DNA of 64,000 bases. It comes from a virus. Taxonomy: Duplodnaviria; Caudoviricetes. The DNA lies in IMG/VR virus record IMGVR_UViG_3300009716_000731, positions 32,001 to 96,000 of that record. One strand, written 5' to 3'. A program made the position numbers and the translations under genes. Position 1 is the first letter of the stretch. The number at the start of each line of letters is the position of its first letter. Positions 9,413-19,345 of the stretch are shown in pieces. The notes under the pieces were generated by a model. It was not told the origin of the DNA and did not search any database. It saw nothing but the letters and a program-made list of their open reading frames with translations.

Positions 9413-10303
9413 ATGAAATTTTTAAGATTATATGAAGCGTGGGTCAAAAGTGGACCGAGATATATACCAAGTGGTGCTAAATTTAAGAGTAAAGATCCTA
9501 ATGATGATGCTATTTATAAAGTAATTGGTTCGGGAGAAACCACATTATCTTATAATAGTGATAAAGATCCTGAGGTTAAAAGAGATAAGATTTATAACTT
9601 CTTAAAGAATTATGATGAGATATTAGAGCCATTATTAGAACCTAATACTGAAGATACTATTCCAGAAGTTGGTTCTAGATGGATTAATAAAGAAAATAAT
9701 ATTGCTATTGTACATAGAATAAATAACAATTTATTATATTTTTATTTATTAAATGATCCTAGTAATCTTATATCAATGTATATAAGAGAATTTTTATGTA
9801 AGTTTATTCCTAAAGATAAAGATATTTATAGAGATGATATAGAGCTTGACTTTAATAAATCAGTTTATATTGCAGATGAAAAAGCTATAATAGGTGCTTT
9901 TTACATTAAAAAAGAGACTGATAAAGCTTATGAAATATTAAATATAAAAGAATATCAAAGAGATAGTGTTTTTATGGATGGTGCAGACCCTTATTCTGTT
10001 TCTATACATACTACTTTTCTACCTAAGTCTCAGTGTAAAATAATAAAACCGGTTGAAAGTAAAGAAGGATTTTTTTATATAAAAGTTCCTTATTGGTTAT
10101 ATAAAGAAAAGACTGATCTTCAAATAAAAAGATTACCGGTTAGACTTAAAAGAATTTCTATTAAAAATGATGATTATAATAAAAAAGATTTTCTTAAAAT
10201 GTTTGGCAATCCTCATGTAATTAAATATTTCCAAGGTTCAAATCCTGATAAATTAACTAATCAACATATTGAGTCTTATGCTAAGCATGGAAATCTTTCA
10301 TAG
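9413..10303 (+). CDS. Hypothetical protein with CTS-like tag
   Basis: Starts MKFLRLYEAW. Confidence 0.7.
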   Translation: MKFLRLYEAWVKSGPRYIPSGAKFKSKDPNDDAIYKVIGSGETTLSYNSDKDPEVKRDKIYNFLKNYDEILEPLLEPNTEDTIPEVGSRWINKENNIAIVHRINNNLLYFYLLNDPSNLISMYIREFLCKFIPKDKDIYRDDIELDFNKSVYIADEKAIIGAFYIKKETDKAYEILNIKEYQRDSVFMDGADPYSVSIHTTFLPKSQCKIIKPVESKEGFFYIKVPYWLYKEKTDLQIKRLPVRLKRISIKNDDYNKKDFLKMFGNPHVIKYFQGSNPDKLTNQHIESYAKHGNLS

Positions 10304-10770
10304 ATCATAAAGTTGAAATCATATTGGTGTTTTTCATCTTTATCATGAAATTCTACTGAATTTAATATCCATTCACTTCCTATTTCTGGAAAGAAAGTAT
10401 CTGCATCATCAATTGTAGTATTTACTTTTGTAATATCAATTCTATCTAATAGATGCATACTTTGTTTGTATATTTGACCACCACCAATAATAAATACGTC
10501 TTCTCCTTTTGTAAATTCAATAGCTTGTTCAATTGTTTTGAAAGTAAAACAATTTTCAGGTACTTGATAATTTTCTTGATTTGTTATAATTAAGTGAGTT
10601 CTATCTGGAAGAGGTTTTGGGAAAGTCTCAAATGTTTTTCTACCCATTAAGATAAAGTTACCTGATGTAACTTGTTTGAATCTTTTGAAGTCATCTGGTA
10701 AGTGCCAACACAAATCATTATTTCTACCAATTGCCCAATTATTAGAAGCTGCTACTATTGCTGTAATCAT
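10276..10770 (-). CDS. folA: Dihydrofolate reductase
   Basis: AIGRNNDLCWHLPDDFKRFK, MGRKTF, LPDR, IIGGGQIY, DTFFP. Confidence 0.97.
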   Translation of the reverse strand: MITAIVAASNNWAIGRNNDLCWHLPDDFKRFKQVTSGNFILMGRKTFETFPKPLPDRTHLIITNQENYQVPENCFTFKTIEQAIEFTKGEDVFIIGGGQIYKQSMHLLDRIDITKVNTTIDDADTFFPEIGSEWILNSVEFHDKDEKHQYDFNFMIYERFPCLA

Positions 10771-10812
10771 TAAATATAGTTTTTCTTTTTATATTTAATA
10801 ATCTATAAAAGT

Positions 10813-12387
10813 TTATTGACACTCGTAGCAGTCTCTTCTTCCTCTACCACCACATTCATCACACTCTTGCTCACCAGAGCCATCACAACGTGAACATTCA
10901 TATTCACCAGTTCCATCACAATTTGAACACTCTTCTCTACCTGATCCATCGCAACGATTACAATTTCTGGTTCCTTCACCGTCACAAGTAGTACAAGTTT
11001 CTCCATCAACTTCACCAGTTCCATCACAAGTTGAACAATCTTCTACACCTTCTCCATCACAGTAACCACAATCAACTTGACCACCACCGCTACAGTCATA
11101 ACATTCTACATTACCGCTGCCGTGACATCTGTAACAACTTTCTACACCACTTCCGCTACATTCACCACATTCAATTTCACCAGATCCACCACATTCGTCA
11201 CAAGAACCGTTGCCACCAGAAGTATCTGTTAGTTCATAATCGTATGAGTTAGAGGTACCATTATAAAGATAACCTGCTGTATCGTAGTACTTGAAGCTAT
11301 CCATATAAGGATAGTATCTCATACCATTCCATTTTAGTTTAATTTCTGCTTTGCTTTCATCATAACTTAATTCATTACCATTAAACATTAAGGTCATATC
11401 ACTATATGTTTGATATTTTTTATAATTAAATCCTTTCTCAATTGCAAATTCCTTAAATAAGGTTTCATCAGCAGAATTTATAACATAAACTCTATCCATT
11501 ATTTTTCTACCTTGTACATCAGTCCAAAGTAATGCTCTTCCGATTATTTTACTTTCATCGTCTTTAGCTTTAAGTATGATTAGTTGACATACTTCTGGAT
11601 TTTTAACATATATATCTAAATAAGGTTGACATTTATCATATCTCATACAAGAACCACCTAATGTACCTGCAATTTTATAATAATTATCTGCTAAGTACCA
11701 ATATCTTATTTGTTCCTCTTTAACTATTTCAAATCTACTAAATACATCTTTTTCTTTTTGAATAGTTGCTTTATACTTATTAACAAAATCTTCAATTTGT
11801 CTATCTGTAAATTCTATATCAGCTTTTCTTAATATAGCTCTAAGAAATCTACCAACATTCATATCAGATTTTGTTAGTTTATTTATATCATATTCAATAC
11901 CTCTATGAGCTATGAAGTTTTGATACTCTTTATTATTTACTTCCCAAGTAATAAGACAAAATGGAATTGTTTTCATTTTTCTTCCATAAATCTTATCTAT
12001 TTCTTCTTGTTTTAGATTTTTAATTTTAACTTCTTCACCTGTTCGTGGATAACCTTCCTCACCTAATGGATAAGTTCCTTCCTCTTTTGCTTTTTCGAAC
12101 ATACCAGAATAAACTTCATCTGGATTTTTTACTTTAGCAGGTGCTCTTTTAATTCTATCTTCTGGTATAAAGAAAATCTTATCTTCCTTATCTAAATCAA
12201 ATGTGATATGATTAGTGTTTACATCTACTTCTTTTCCTTGTAAAGAAAGTAATTTGTCTTTTAGTTCACTACCTTTTATAAGGTTTAGTAAGTCAACAAA
12301 TTTTTTATCAAATACTATATTTGCTTCGAGTAGTAACTGTAATTGACTTTCATTAATAAAGTCAGCATATTTATTTAAGTTTCTCAT
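10813..12387 (-). CDS. SCM/GRALLW-domain protein with 12 CxxC DnaJ-type Zn repeats (paralog 1)
   Basis: SCMRY, GRALLW, MDRVY, YPYMDSFKY; 11 CxxCxGxG plus a terminal CxxC. Confidence 0.8.
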   Translation of the reverse strand: MRNLNKYADFINESQLQLLLEANIVFDKKFVDLLNLIKGSELKDKLLSLQGKEVDVNTNHITFDLDKEDKIFFIPEDRIKRAPAKVKNPDEVYSGMFEKAKEEGTYPLGEEGYPRTGEEVKIKNLKQEEIDKIYGRKMKTIPFCLITWEVNNKEYQNFIAHRGIEYDINKLTKSDMNVGRFLRAILRKADIEFTDRQIEDFVNKYKATIQKEKDVFSRFEIVKEEQIRYWYLADNYYKIAGTLGGSCMRYDKCQPYLDIYVKNPEVCQLIILKAKDDESKIIGRALLWTDVQGRKIMDRVYVINSADETLFKEFAIEKGFNYKKYQTYSDMTLMFNGNELSYDESKAEIKLKWNGMRYYPYMDSFKYYDTAGYLYNGTSNSYDYELTDTSGGNGSCDECGGSGEIECGECSGSGVESCYRCHGSGNVECYDCSGGGQVDCGYCDGEGVEDCSTCDGTGEVDGETCTTCDGEGTRNCNRCDGSGREECSNCDGTGEYECSRCDGSGEQECDECGGRGRRDCYECQ

Positions 12388-12440
12388 AAATGTATATATT
12401 AAAAAAAGATTTATAGAAATTAATTTTAATATATATATTT

Positions 12441-14045
12441 ATGAAATATATCAAATTTTTTGAAGAAGCAAATATTAATCTTTTAGAATTAGATAAGCTT
12501 AAAGGTGTTGATACAAGAGGACAAATATTAGTTAATAAATTATCATCTAATGAGCCTAAATTAGATTTTAATAAAGGCGAACAACTAGTTAATCTAATGT
12601 TAAATATGGATGACGAGTGGGTTATTCCAAGTATTGCAATTCAAGATATTCTAACAAATGGTTCTTATGATTCTGATAAAGCTAAACAATTATTCTTGAA
12701 AAACAATAGATATAAAGACGTTTTTAAGTCTGGTACTGATACTTATAAACTAAATCAAGTAAAGAAAACTCCAGATTTTGGATCTTCTGGTCCTGGTATT
12801 TTAACTAAAAAGTATGAGATAATACAGTCATTATTTATTGCATATAAGATTACTTACCCTAATTTAGATCTAACAACTTCTAATATATCAAGCTTTCTAC
12901 AAGATTATAAACAACAAAAAAGTGATAATGCTAAAAAAGGTGTTCTTAAAAGAATCGGATTACATATAGATATAGATGTGATTAGTGATGAAGATATTTT
13001 AGAGTTATCTAATAATAAAGATTGGTTTTCGACTTTCACTAGAATACCTGAAGCTTTATGGAATATGACAATTGGTAGAAATAGATTATTTTCAACAACT
13101 GGTAAATATTTATTTTTTCATATAACTAATAAAGATATAGATTCTCCTGTGTTTAAGCTAACTAAAAAATTTAACTCATTTACTAAAGGAGTTAAAATAG
13201 GATTTCCTAAGTTTTGTCCGGCTGATCTTTGGGTTGTTAAAGCAAATGCTTTACCAGAAATAAATAGAGCTATAGATTCTTGTGTTAATATAAATGATTT
13301 AATAACTTTGGTGGATATGTATTTTGGTAGTATTGATATGATACCAATATCTCTTAAAAAGGTTCTAAAAGGAGAAAGTTTCAAAATTATTGTTAATCGT
13401 ACGGTAGGTAAAAAGCTTCCAGACTTTTATATTAAAAGTTTTATGTTGGCAGATGACCCTTTCAAAGGAGCGGGAACAACAATAGTAACAAAATCTGTTT
13501 GGACTAGTGAAAATCCAGTACCAGGTGAAAAACCAGAGGAGCTTGAGAGAGTTGTTAAAATTGATTCATCTGAGAAAGGTAAAGCAATTGATGCTGAAAT
13601 CACTGGAAAAAGTTCAAAACAAGGTAAAATATCTTTTGATGCTATTAATAGAATTATTAATACACATCGAGCACATTGTAATCTTATAAAAATTGATACT
13701 TTGTCTGAGTTAAAACCATTAAGTATAGAGCAACTTAAAGTTAAGATACAAACTCATTATGATATTTTAACAAATTTAAGACTTGTAAATGCTAATATTG
13801 CTTATCAAACAGCAACAAGATTAAGTTCAAAAGGTAAAGAGTATCAAACAAGATTAAAAACTTTAACAACCGAACACGATTTTATGACTAAGTTACAAGC
13901 CTTACAAGTTACTATTTGTATAGCTCAGGTTTATATGGATAGTCCTATTGAAGGTAATAAATTAATGACAAGTTTAATGAGATATGCGTTATCTATTCAA
14001 ACTGATGTATTTGATACAACTCCAAAATATTTAAGGGTTATATAA
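12441..14045 (+). CDS. Putative PD-(D/E)xK nuclease with CTS-like tag
   Basis: CPADLWVV...IPISLKK motif; starts MKYIKFFEE. Confidence 0.55.
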   Translation: MKYIKFFEEANINLLELDKLKGVDTRGQILVNKLSSNEPKLDFNKGEQLVNLMLNMDDEWVIPSIAIQDILTNGSYDSDKAKQLFLKNNRYKDVFKSGTDTYKLNQVKKTPDFGSSGPGILTKKYEIIQSLFIAYKITYPNLDLTTSNISSFLQDYKQQKSDNAKKGVLKRIGLHIDIDVISDEDILELSNNKDWFSTFTRIPEALWNMTIGRNRLFSTTGKYLFFHITNKDIDSPVFKLTKKFNSFTKGVKIGFPKFCPADLWVVKANALPEINRAIDSCVNINDLITLVDMYFGSIDMIPISLKKVLKGESFKIIVNRTVGKKLPDFYIKSFMLADDPFKGAGTTIVTKSVWTSENPVPGEKPEELERVVKIDSSEKGKAIDAEITGKSSKQGKISFDAINRIINTHRAHCNLIKIDTLSELKPLSIEQLKVKIQTHYDILTNLRLVNANIAYQTATRLSSKGKEYQTRLKTLTTEHDFMTKLQALQVTICIAQVYMDSPIEGNKLMTSLMRYALSIQTDVFDTTPKYLRVI

Positions 14046-14331
14046 ATCTTTTTACATTACCCATTTTATCAAGTATTACATTTTTACCATCTTTTCTTCT
14101 TGCGATAATTTCAATACCTGAAAATCTTGCTTCATAAATATCATTAGCTAAGGTTCTAACAGGATTACCCATTGCGTCTTTTAATATTAGTTTACCATCA
14201 TTAGCAGTAACTAAAAATTGATTACTATCTTGATCAAAAGTGGCAAAATTAACATTTTCTGCAATTCTTCTTCCTGGATTTCCCCATTTATCACATACAT
14301 ACAAAGTACCATTTAATATCTTAAATAACAT
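14038..14331 (-). CDS. Small protein with three internal DxxGN repeats
   Basis: DKWGNPGRRI / DAMGNPVRTL / DKMGNVKRFI. Confidence 0.65.
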   Translation of the reverse strand: MLFKILNGTLYVCDKWGNPGRRIAENVNFATFDQDSNQFLVTANDGKLILKDAMGNPVRTLANDIYEARFSGIEIIARRKDGKNVILDKMGNVKRFI

Positions 14332-14361
14332 AACTTTAATAAATTTTAATATATATATTAT

Positions 14362-14508
14362 ATGAAAAAAAAGCCTTTAGGTCTAAAAATAAATCCTGAG
14401 CTTTGGGAACGATTTACAAAGCACGTAGAATATGTTGGTTATGACCGAACCAAGCTATTTAAGAAGATTTTGGAAAATTTTCTACAAAAAAACACTAAAA
14501 AAGAATAA
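14362..14508 (+). CDS. Ribbon-helix-helix-like DNA-binding protein (48 aa)
   Basis: Manual translation MKKKPLGLKINPELWERFTKHVEYVGYDRTKLFKKILENFLQKNTKKE; strand-helix-G-helix pattern. Confidence 0.6.
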   Translation: MKKKPLGLKINPELWERFTKHVEYVGYDRTKLFKKILENFLQKNTKKE

Positions 14509-14556
14509 TTAAAAAATATATTTTATATATAGGTTAGAAAAAATAAATATGACACC

Positions 14557-14748
14557 ATGACAGCTCAAAAAGACACATTTATAGAATACAGATTAGATTA
14601 TATTGAGAGTGGTGAAAAACAAGAAATGTATCATGGGATGTTATCTAAGATTTTAAGATTTGTTAGAAACGAATCTCTTAGAGATTATAGCATTTATGGT
14701 CTTACTACCAAAGACGAATGGAAGCTTCTTATGAAAATAGGTAAGTGA
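14557..14748 (+). CDS. Small hypothetical protein
   Basis: 63-aa ORF followed by a terminator. Confidence 0.6.
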   Translation: MTAQKDTFIEYRLDYIESGEKQEMYHGMLSKILRFVRNESLRDYSIYGLTTKDEWKLLMKIGK

Positions 14749-14755
14749 ACACATA

Positions 14756-14785
14756 AAAAAAGAAGAGTAAAAACTCTTCTTTTTT
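14756..14785. terminator. Bidirectional intrinsic terminator
   Basis: AAAAAAGAAGAG-TAAAAA-CTCTTCTTTTTT. Confidence 0.65.
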
Positions 14786-15752
14786 ATTTTTTATATTCTT
14801 CAAAGAATATTTCAAAGATTGCTTGCATAACTGGTACACATATTGAATTACCTGCTAATGCAACGTGTTTATTCCATAATATATTAGTTGATAAAAGTTT
14901 ATCTATATCATCGTCTTTAACTCCCATAAAACGATAAGCTTCTCTTGGTGATATAAATCTCATTCTACCATCATCTAGCATTATTTGTGTTATGTCAGTA
15001 GTATTTAAGCAAGGAGAACAAGCATCTATTGAGTAAATTCTGCGTCTTTGTTCAAACTTTCTATCTAATCTTTTAGCTAAAAGCTTACAAATACCTTTAT
15101 CTTTAGTTTCTACTAGCTCAATAGGTGGATTAATAAATAAGTTAGAATCTACTTCACTTTCTAAAAATTCTCTCATAGAAACTGTAGGTTGTTGTTTCTT
15201 AACAACGGAATATAATTTTTGGTTAACTGATTCATGTGATTCATTTAAGATAGAGAACATAAATACTCTTTCTCTATTTTGAGCACAGCCATAATCTGCA
15301 CCATTTAAGACGATCCAGCTACTACCATATCCTAATGAGGATAAAGTGTTTATATATTCTTTGAATTGAGTAATATGATTTTTAGATACTAAGTTTTTTA
15401 CATTTTCCATTAGTAAAAACTTAGGTTTGTTGTAAGTAACAATTCGTTCTACTTCATAAAGTAAACCACTACGAGTTCCTTGTTTTATTCCTCTCTGTAC
15501 ACCAGCTAAAGATATATCTTGGCAAGGAAAAGAGTAGGTTAAAAAATCACATTCCGGAAAGTTTTTTTCGTCTATCTTCTTAACATCACCAAGATTACCT
15601 AATACTGTTTTATGTAACGAGTCGTATGCTATATTTGCATTTTTTAATATATCACAGTTTGCAATATTTATGTAGTTTATACCGGCATATTTAAGTGCTA
15701 ATTCTTGTGTTCCATAGCCTGAGAAAAGACTAATTAATCTTAATTGTTTCAT
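14784..15752 (-). CDS. dcm: DNA (cytosine-5) methyltransferase
   Basis: LFSGYG (motif I), SFPCQ (IV), MENV (VI), QNRER (VIII), AGNSI (X). Confidence 0.95.
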   Translation of the reverse strand: MKQLRLISLFSGYGTQELALKYAGINYINIANCDILKNANIAYDSLHKTVLGNLGDVKKIDEKNFPECDFLTYSFPCQDISLAGVQRGIKQGTRSGLLYEVERIVTYNKPKFLLMENVKNLVSKNHITQFKEYINTLSSLGYGSSWIVLNGADYGCAQNRERVFMFSILNESHESVNQKLYSVVKKQQPTVSMREFLESEVDSNLFINPPIELVETKDKGICKLLAKRLDRKFEQRRRIYSIDACSPCLNTTDITQIMLDDGRMRFISPREAYRFMGVKDDDIDKLLSTNILWNKHVALAGNSICVPVMQAIFEIFFEEYKK

Positions 15753-15781
15753 TTTATTTATATGATGATAAATAAAAATGT

Positions 15782-16261
15782 TTAATCTAAGTGACGAACA
15801 CTTTTGTGACTTGCTTTTGGTTTATTTGAATGGCTCCATAATCTAGCAAAAGGAGTTGAAAAGTAGTTGTTATAAATTAGAGTATCATCTAAGTGTAAAC
15901 TAATACCATTATCTTTACAATAATCACCTTTAGTTTTATCCCATAAAACATCATCAAATTTTACTTGTTTTGTTCCATCAGGAAATTCAATTTCACCTAA
16001 ATTATCAGCACCTGAGTTTAATAAAAAGTCATAAACTGAAAATTTGTGTGTCCAATGAATATTATATGATCTTAGCTCATTTTCTAATTTTTGTGTCCAT
16101 TCACCACCAGTGATGATATGCACTTCTCCACCATTTTTAATTATTGATTCACTTAAAAATGAGAAGAATTCTGGCATGGCATCAATTACACCATGTATGT
16201 CTAAACCTACCTTGAAGGTATCTTTAGAATTTTCGTTTACTATTGAGCTAAATTTTATCAT
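15782..16261 (-). CDS. HAD-superfamily-like protein
   Basis: GLDIHGV, HIITG, K...LHLDD; starts MIKFSSIVNE. Confidence 0.65.
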   Translation of the reverse strand: MIKFSSIVNENSKDTFKVGLDIHGVIDAMPEFFSFLSESIIKNGGEVHIITGGEWTQKLENELRSYNIHWTHKFSVYDFLLNSGADNLGEIEFPDGTKQVKFDDVLWDKTKGDYCKDNGISLHLDDTLIYNNYFSTPFARLWSHSNKPKASHKSVRHLD

Positions 16262-16271
16262 AATTTATATA

Positions 16272-16658
16272 TTAAATTATTTCTTCGATTTTTTTATCCC
16301 TTAATTCAGCAATTGTCGGAATTTCATATACAAAGATATGAAAATAATTTGAATTATTCACAACATGCATATTCAAATTATTAGATGTGGAAGACATATT
16401 TAGCTGAGGTTCTGTAACCAAGCAACTTTTAACATACTTATAAAATTCAGGAACTTCAAAGTCTTCTATAGTTGAATCTATAATCATTAAGTCAATAATC
16501 TTTTTTTGTTCTGACTCTATATTATTTGAGTATAATAATTTTATTGTATTTGTGTAAGGTATACAAATATCAATTAATTCGCTAAACTCAGGTATGTTTA
16601 TTATATAAGTTGTTCTATCTTGTAGATAGATATATTCAGTTATAGTTTTATACCTCAT
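16272..16658 (-). CDS. Hypothetical protein with C-terminal motif
   Basis: Ends LRDKKIEEII. Confidence 0.65.
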   Translation of the reverse strand: MRYKTITEYIYLQDRTTYIINIPEFSELIDICIPYTNTIKLLYSNNIESEQKKIIDLMIIDSTIEDFEVPEFYKYVKSCLVTEPQLNMSSTSNNLNMHVVNNSNYFHIFVYEIPTIAELRDKKIEEII

Positions 16659-16996
16659 ATTCCTATTTTTTTAAGTTTTATTTCTCTATAATGTTGTATA
16701 TCATCTAAAATATAAACATCATGCTTAGTTAAAAATATAAAATCATCTATATTTTCAATTATATTTTCTGTTGTACTGAGTTTAATTACTCCTTTTATCG
16801 ATTCTATACGATTATCAACTTTTATGGAAGATTCATTTGTAACTATTCCTTTACTCTTCATTAAAGAATATTTCTTTGATATAATATCATAAGCTATATC
16901 AAAATATTTATTTTCCATATCTATTATGATAAATCTAATTTCATTTATATTCTCAGTATAATTTCTTATTATATTACCAATTTTAATTACTTCCAT
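16655..16996 (-). CDS. Hypothetical protein with C-terminal motif
   Basis: Ends YREIKLKKIGI. Confidence 0.65.
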   Translation of the reverse strand: MEVIKIGNIIRNYTENINEIRFIIIDMENKYFDIAYDIISKKYSLMKSKGIVTNESSIKVDNRIESIKGVIKLSTTENIIENIDDFIFLTKHDVYILDDIQHYREIKLKKIGI

Positions 16997-17396
16997 CTAA
17001 TAATTTATCTATTTGTAGATCTCTATTAAAAGGCACCCAGTCAAAATTATCTTGTACAGTTGGTATGTTACTTTTATAGATGAATTTTTTAATTCTATAT
17101 TTTCTTCTTATTTCCTTGTTTGTTGTAACAAGGAAAGACTCTGGTCTAATTATACCTTTTATTTTGATATATCTAACGTCAACATCTTTTGTATATAAAT
17201 CAGTGATTCTTTTATATTCTGCTATTGATTCTTCGCCTTTTGAAAAATCAATATTTATATCATTATAATAATTATCAATATCTGTTATAATGCTTATTTT
17301 ATCGATATAAATTTCCTCTACATCATACTCTTCACCATAAAAATAGTTTGGTATAACATAGTCTAATTGTTTTTTATTTATATATCTGATCTTCAT
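16983..17396 (-). CDS. Hypothetical protein with C-terminal motif
   Basis: Likely start MKIRY; ends NRDLQIDKLLDGSN. Confidence 0.65.
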   Translation of the reverse strand: MKIRYINKKQLDYVIPNYFYGEEYDVEEIYIDKISIITDIDNYYNDINIDFSKGEESIAEYKRITDLYTKDVDVRYIKIKGIIRPESFLVTTNKEIRRKYRIKKFIYKSNIPTVQDNFDWVPFNRDLQIDKLLDGSN

Positions 17397-17444
17397 ATAA
17401 GCATGATATAAAATAAAAAAGTGGAAGTTTAATTCCACTTTCTT

Positions 17445-18287
17445 TTATAGTATCGATAATCCTGGTTTAGAATTTATTGTTGATAGTGATAATCTACCTG
17501 CAAAATCATCGTAAAATCCTGGCATAATCATAGCTGTAGATTCAATACCCATCATTTTAGCAGGTTTTAAGTTTGTTACAAATAGTAATGTTTTACCAGT
17601 TAACATATCAACGTAATTATCTCCTAATGTCGGTTTGATATTTGTTACGACTGTTCTAAGTTGATCTTCACCAAAGTCAACTTCTAATTTGATAAGTTTA
17701 TCTGATTTAGGTACATCTGTTACCGATTTAATTGTACCTGGTTTAATTTCTAATTTAGCAGAAATGTCTAAAAATTCACTGAATTCAATTTTATCTTTCA
17801 TGTTTAATATATTTATTGCTTTAATTTTACATTCTTCTTTTAGTCCTGGTATTCCTAATTTCCAGGGTTTTACTGGTTCTCCTGTTGAACAGTTTACAAA
17901 ATAATCTTGTTGTTCATCTAAGAAGTCTTGTATATCATCTAAGATAACATACTGAGTTACTTCTGGGTGTCTATCTAACCAAAGTTTTATTTCATGTCCT
18001 CTTTTTACTTGGTCATAATAGACTATATCTGTTGCTTCGCATACATCTACACAGTCTGGTGTTATGTCTATTATTTCTCCTGGTAGTTGACGTTCTTTCC
18101 ATAGGTCTAGCATTCTTTCAATACCTTTATCTTTCCAAGTGGAAGAGATAACGATTTTTGCACCTGTTTTTTCAATAATTTCCTTTAAGTTCTGGACGTA
18201 TTCATCCCTGAAGATATGACCAAATTGGTCTTTAACTGCATAATCTACGTTTAGTACACCGTCTATGTCCAAGAATATAGTTTTCAT
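17445..18287 (-). CDS. HAD phosphatase (Swiss-Army-knife type) fused to a Trbp111/CsaA-like OB-fold tRNA-binding domain
   Basis: IFLDIDGVLN, IVISSTW, RGHEI..WL, YVILDD; then KLEIKPGTI...SDKLIKLEVDFG...VTNLKPAKMMGIES. Confidence 0.85.
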   Translation of the reverse strand: MKTIFLDIDGVLNVDYAVKDQFGHIFRDEYVQNLKEIIEKTGAKIVISSTWKDKGIERMLDLWKERQLPGEIIDITPDCVDVCEATDIVYYDQVKRGHEIKLWLDRHPEVTQYVILDDIQDFLDEQQDYFVNCSTGEPVKPWKLGIPGLKEECKIKAINILNMKDKIEFSEFLDISAKLEIKPGTIKSVTDVPKSDKLIKLEVDFGEDQLRTVVTNIKPTLGDNYVDMLTGKTLLFVTNLKPAKMMGIESTAMIMPGFYDDFAGRLSLSTINSKPGLSIL

Positions 18288-18385
18288 AATTGCAAAGATA
18301 TAAATAATTATTAAAACATGCAACATCATGATATATAACTTATAATAATTTGATTTTTTACAATTTTTAATTAATATATACTAAT

Positions 18386-18865
18386 ATGAAGTACTTAAAA
18401 TTATTTGAAAATAAATATACTGAGAGAAATAGTGAAGAAACGGTAGATGTTATTAAATTAGATACTATGCCTTTAAGATCACCAGTATATCAAAAAGGTG
18501 AAATAATTATCTGGTCAGAATCTCGTGATGTTGATTTTGATTTTGCAGATAAACTATTGAAAAGAGTGGGTCTTAAAATTATAGGTGAACCTTATGATAG
18601 AGGTTTTTTAGTTAAATGTGAACCTGGTAAAGAGGAAGAAACAGCTAAAATGATTATTAATAGATTCCCTGAATTCTTTGATAGCTATGAAAGAGAGGAT
18701 ATTAGATTACCTTTTATCACTGATAAGGTAGAAAAAATATCAGATAAGGTTGCAGATATAGAATCTTTCTTTGAAAGTACTTTACAAAGAAATGTAAATG
18801 TTACTAAATATAATAAATATATTGATGATATAATCAATGAACTTAGTAAATTAAAGATAAACTAA
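18386..18865 (+). CDS. Hypothetical protein with CTS-like tag
   Basis: Starts MKYLKLFEN; AATATATA upstream. Confidence 0.7.
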   Translation: MKYLKLFENKYTERNSEETVDVIKLDTMPLRSPVYQKGEIIIWSESRDVDFDFADKLLKRVGLKIIGEPYDRGFLVKCEPGKEEETAKMIINRFPEFFDSYEREDIRLPFITDKVEKISDKVADIESFFESTLQRNVNVTKYNKYIDDIINELSKLKIN

Positions 18866-18915
18866 AAAGTCCCATCAGAATGATGGGACCGAGGTGGTAA
18901 AAAATGAACAACTAC

Positions 18916-19200
18916 CTAAATGATTTTTACAAATTCGTTATTTGCTACGGCTTTAGCAATCCACCTATTTAATTCGGAACCTTTCATTTCATTATAAAAA
19001 GTAGTTGTTCCTAAATCGGATGATAGTGCAATTTTAGATTGTCCGTTATCACTCACAGTATCTTCTATAGTTGAAATAGGAAATTGATAAACTTCATCAG
19101 CTATTTCAATTGTGTAGTATAAATTACCACTAACATAATGACTAAACTTAGCCATTGCTTTTGATTTATATAGTTCTTTCTTAATAAAATTTAAGTCCAT
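18916..19200 (-). CDS. Hypothetical protein
   Basis: 94-aa ORF behind TATCTTTG. Confidence 0.65.
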   Translation of the reverse strand: MDLNFIKKELYKSKAMAKFSHYVSGNLYYTIEIADEVYQFPISTIEDTVSDNGQSKIALSSDLGTTTFYNEMKGSELNRWIAKAVANNEFVKII

Positions 19201-19345
19201 TGTTTTTAATATTTTTGTGGTATCAAAGATAGATATTCTATTTTATATTACCAAATTAATTTTGTTCCTTATAATAATCGAAGTGTGTTCTTTCTCTTAG
19301 GGAGCACTTAATTATTTATATATAGTATAAATAAAAAGTTTACAA

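Noticed and set aside
10803-11252. ORFs 10803- and 11031+, and similarly 24221+, 24287-, 25699+
   Set aside because: Shadow frames of the Cys/Gly-rich Zn-finger regions.
10813-12387. DnaJ chaperone
   Set aside because: Only CxxCxGxG repeats are present; there is no J-domain or HPD motif.
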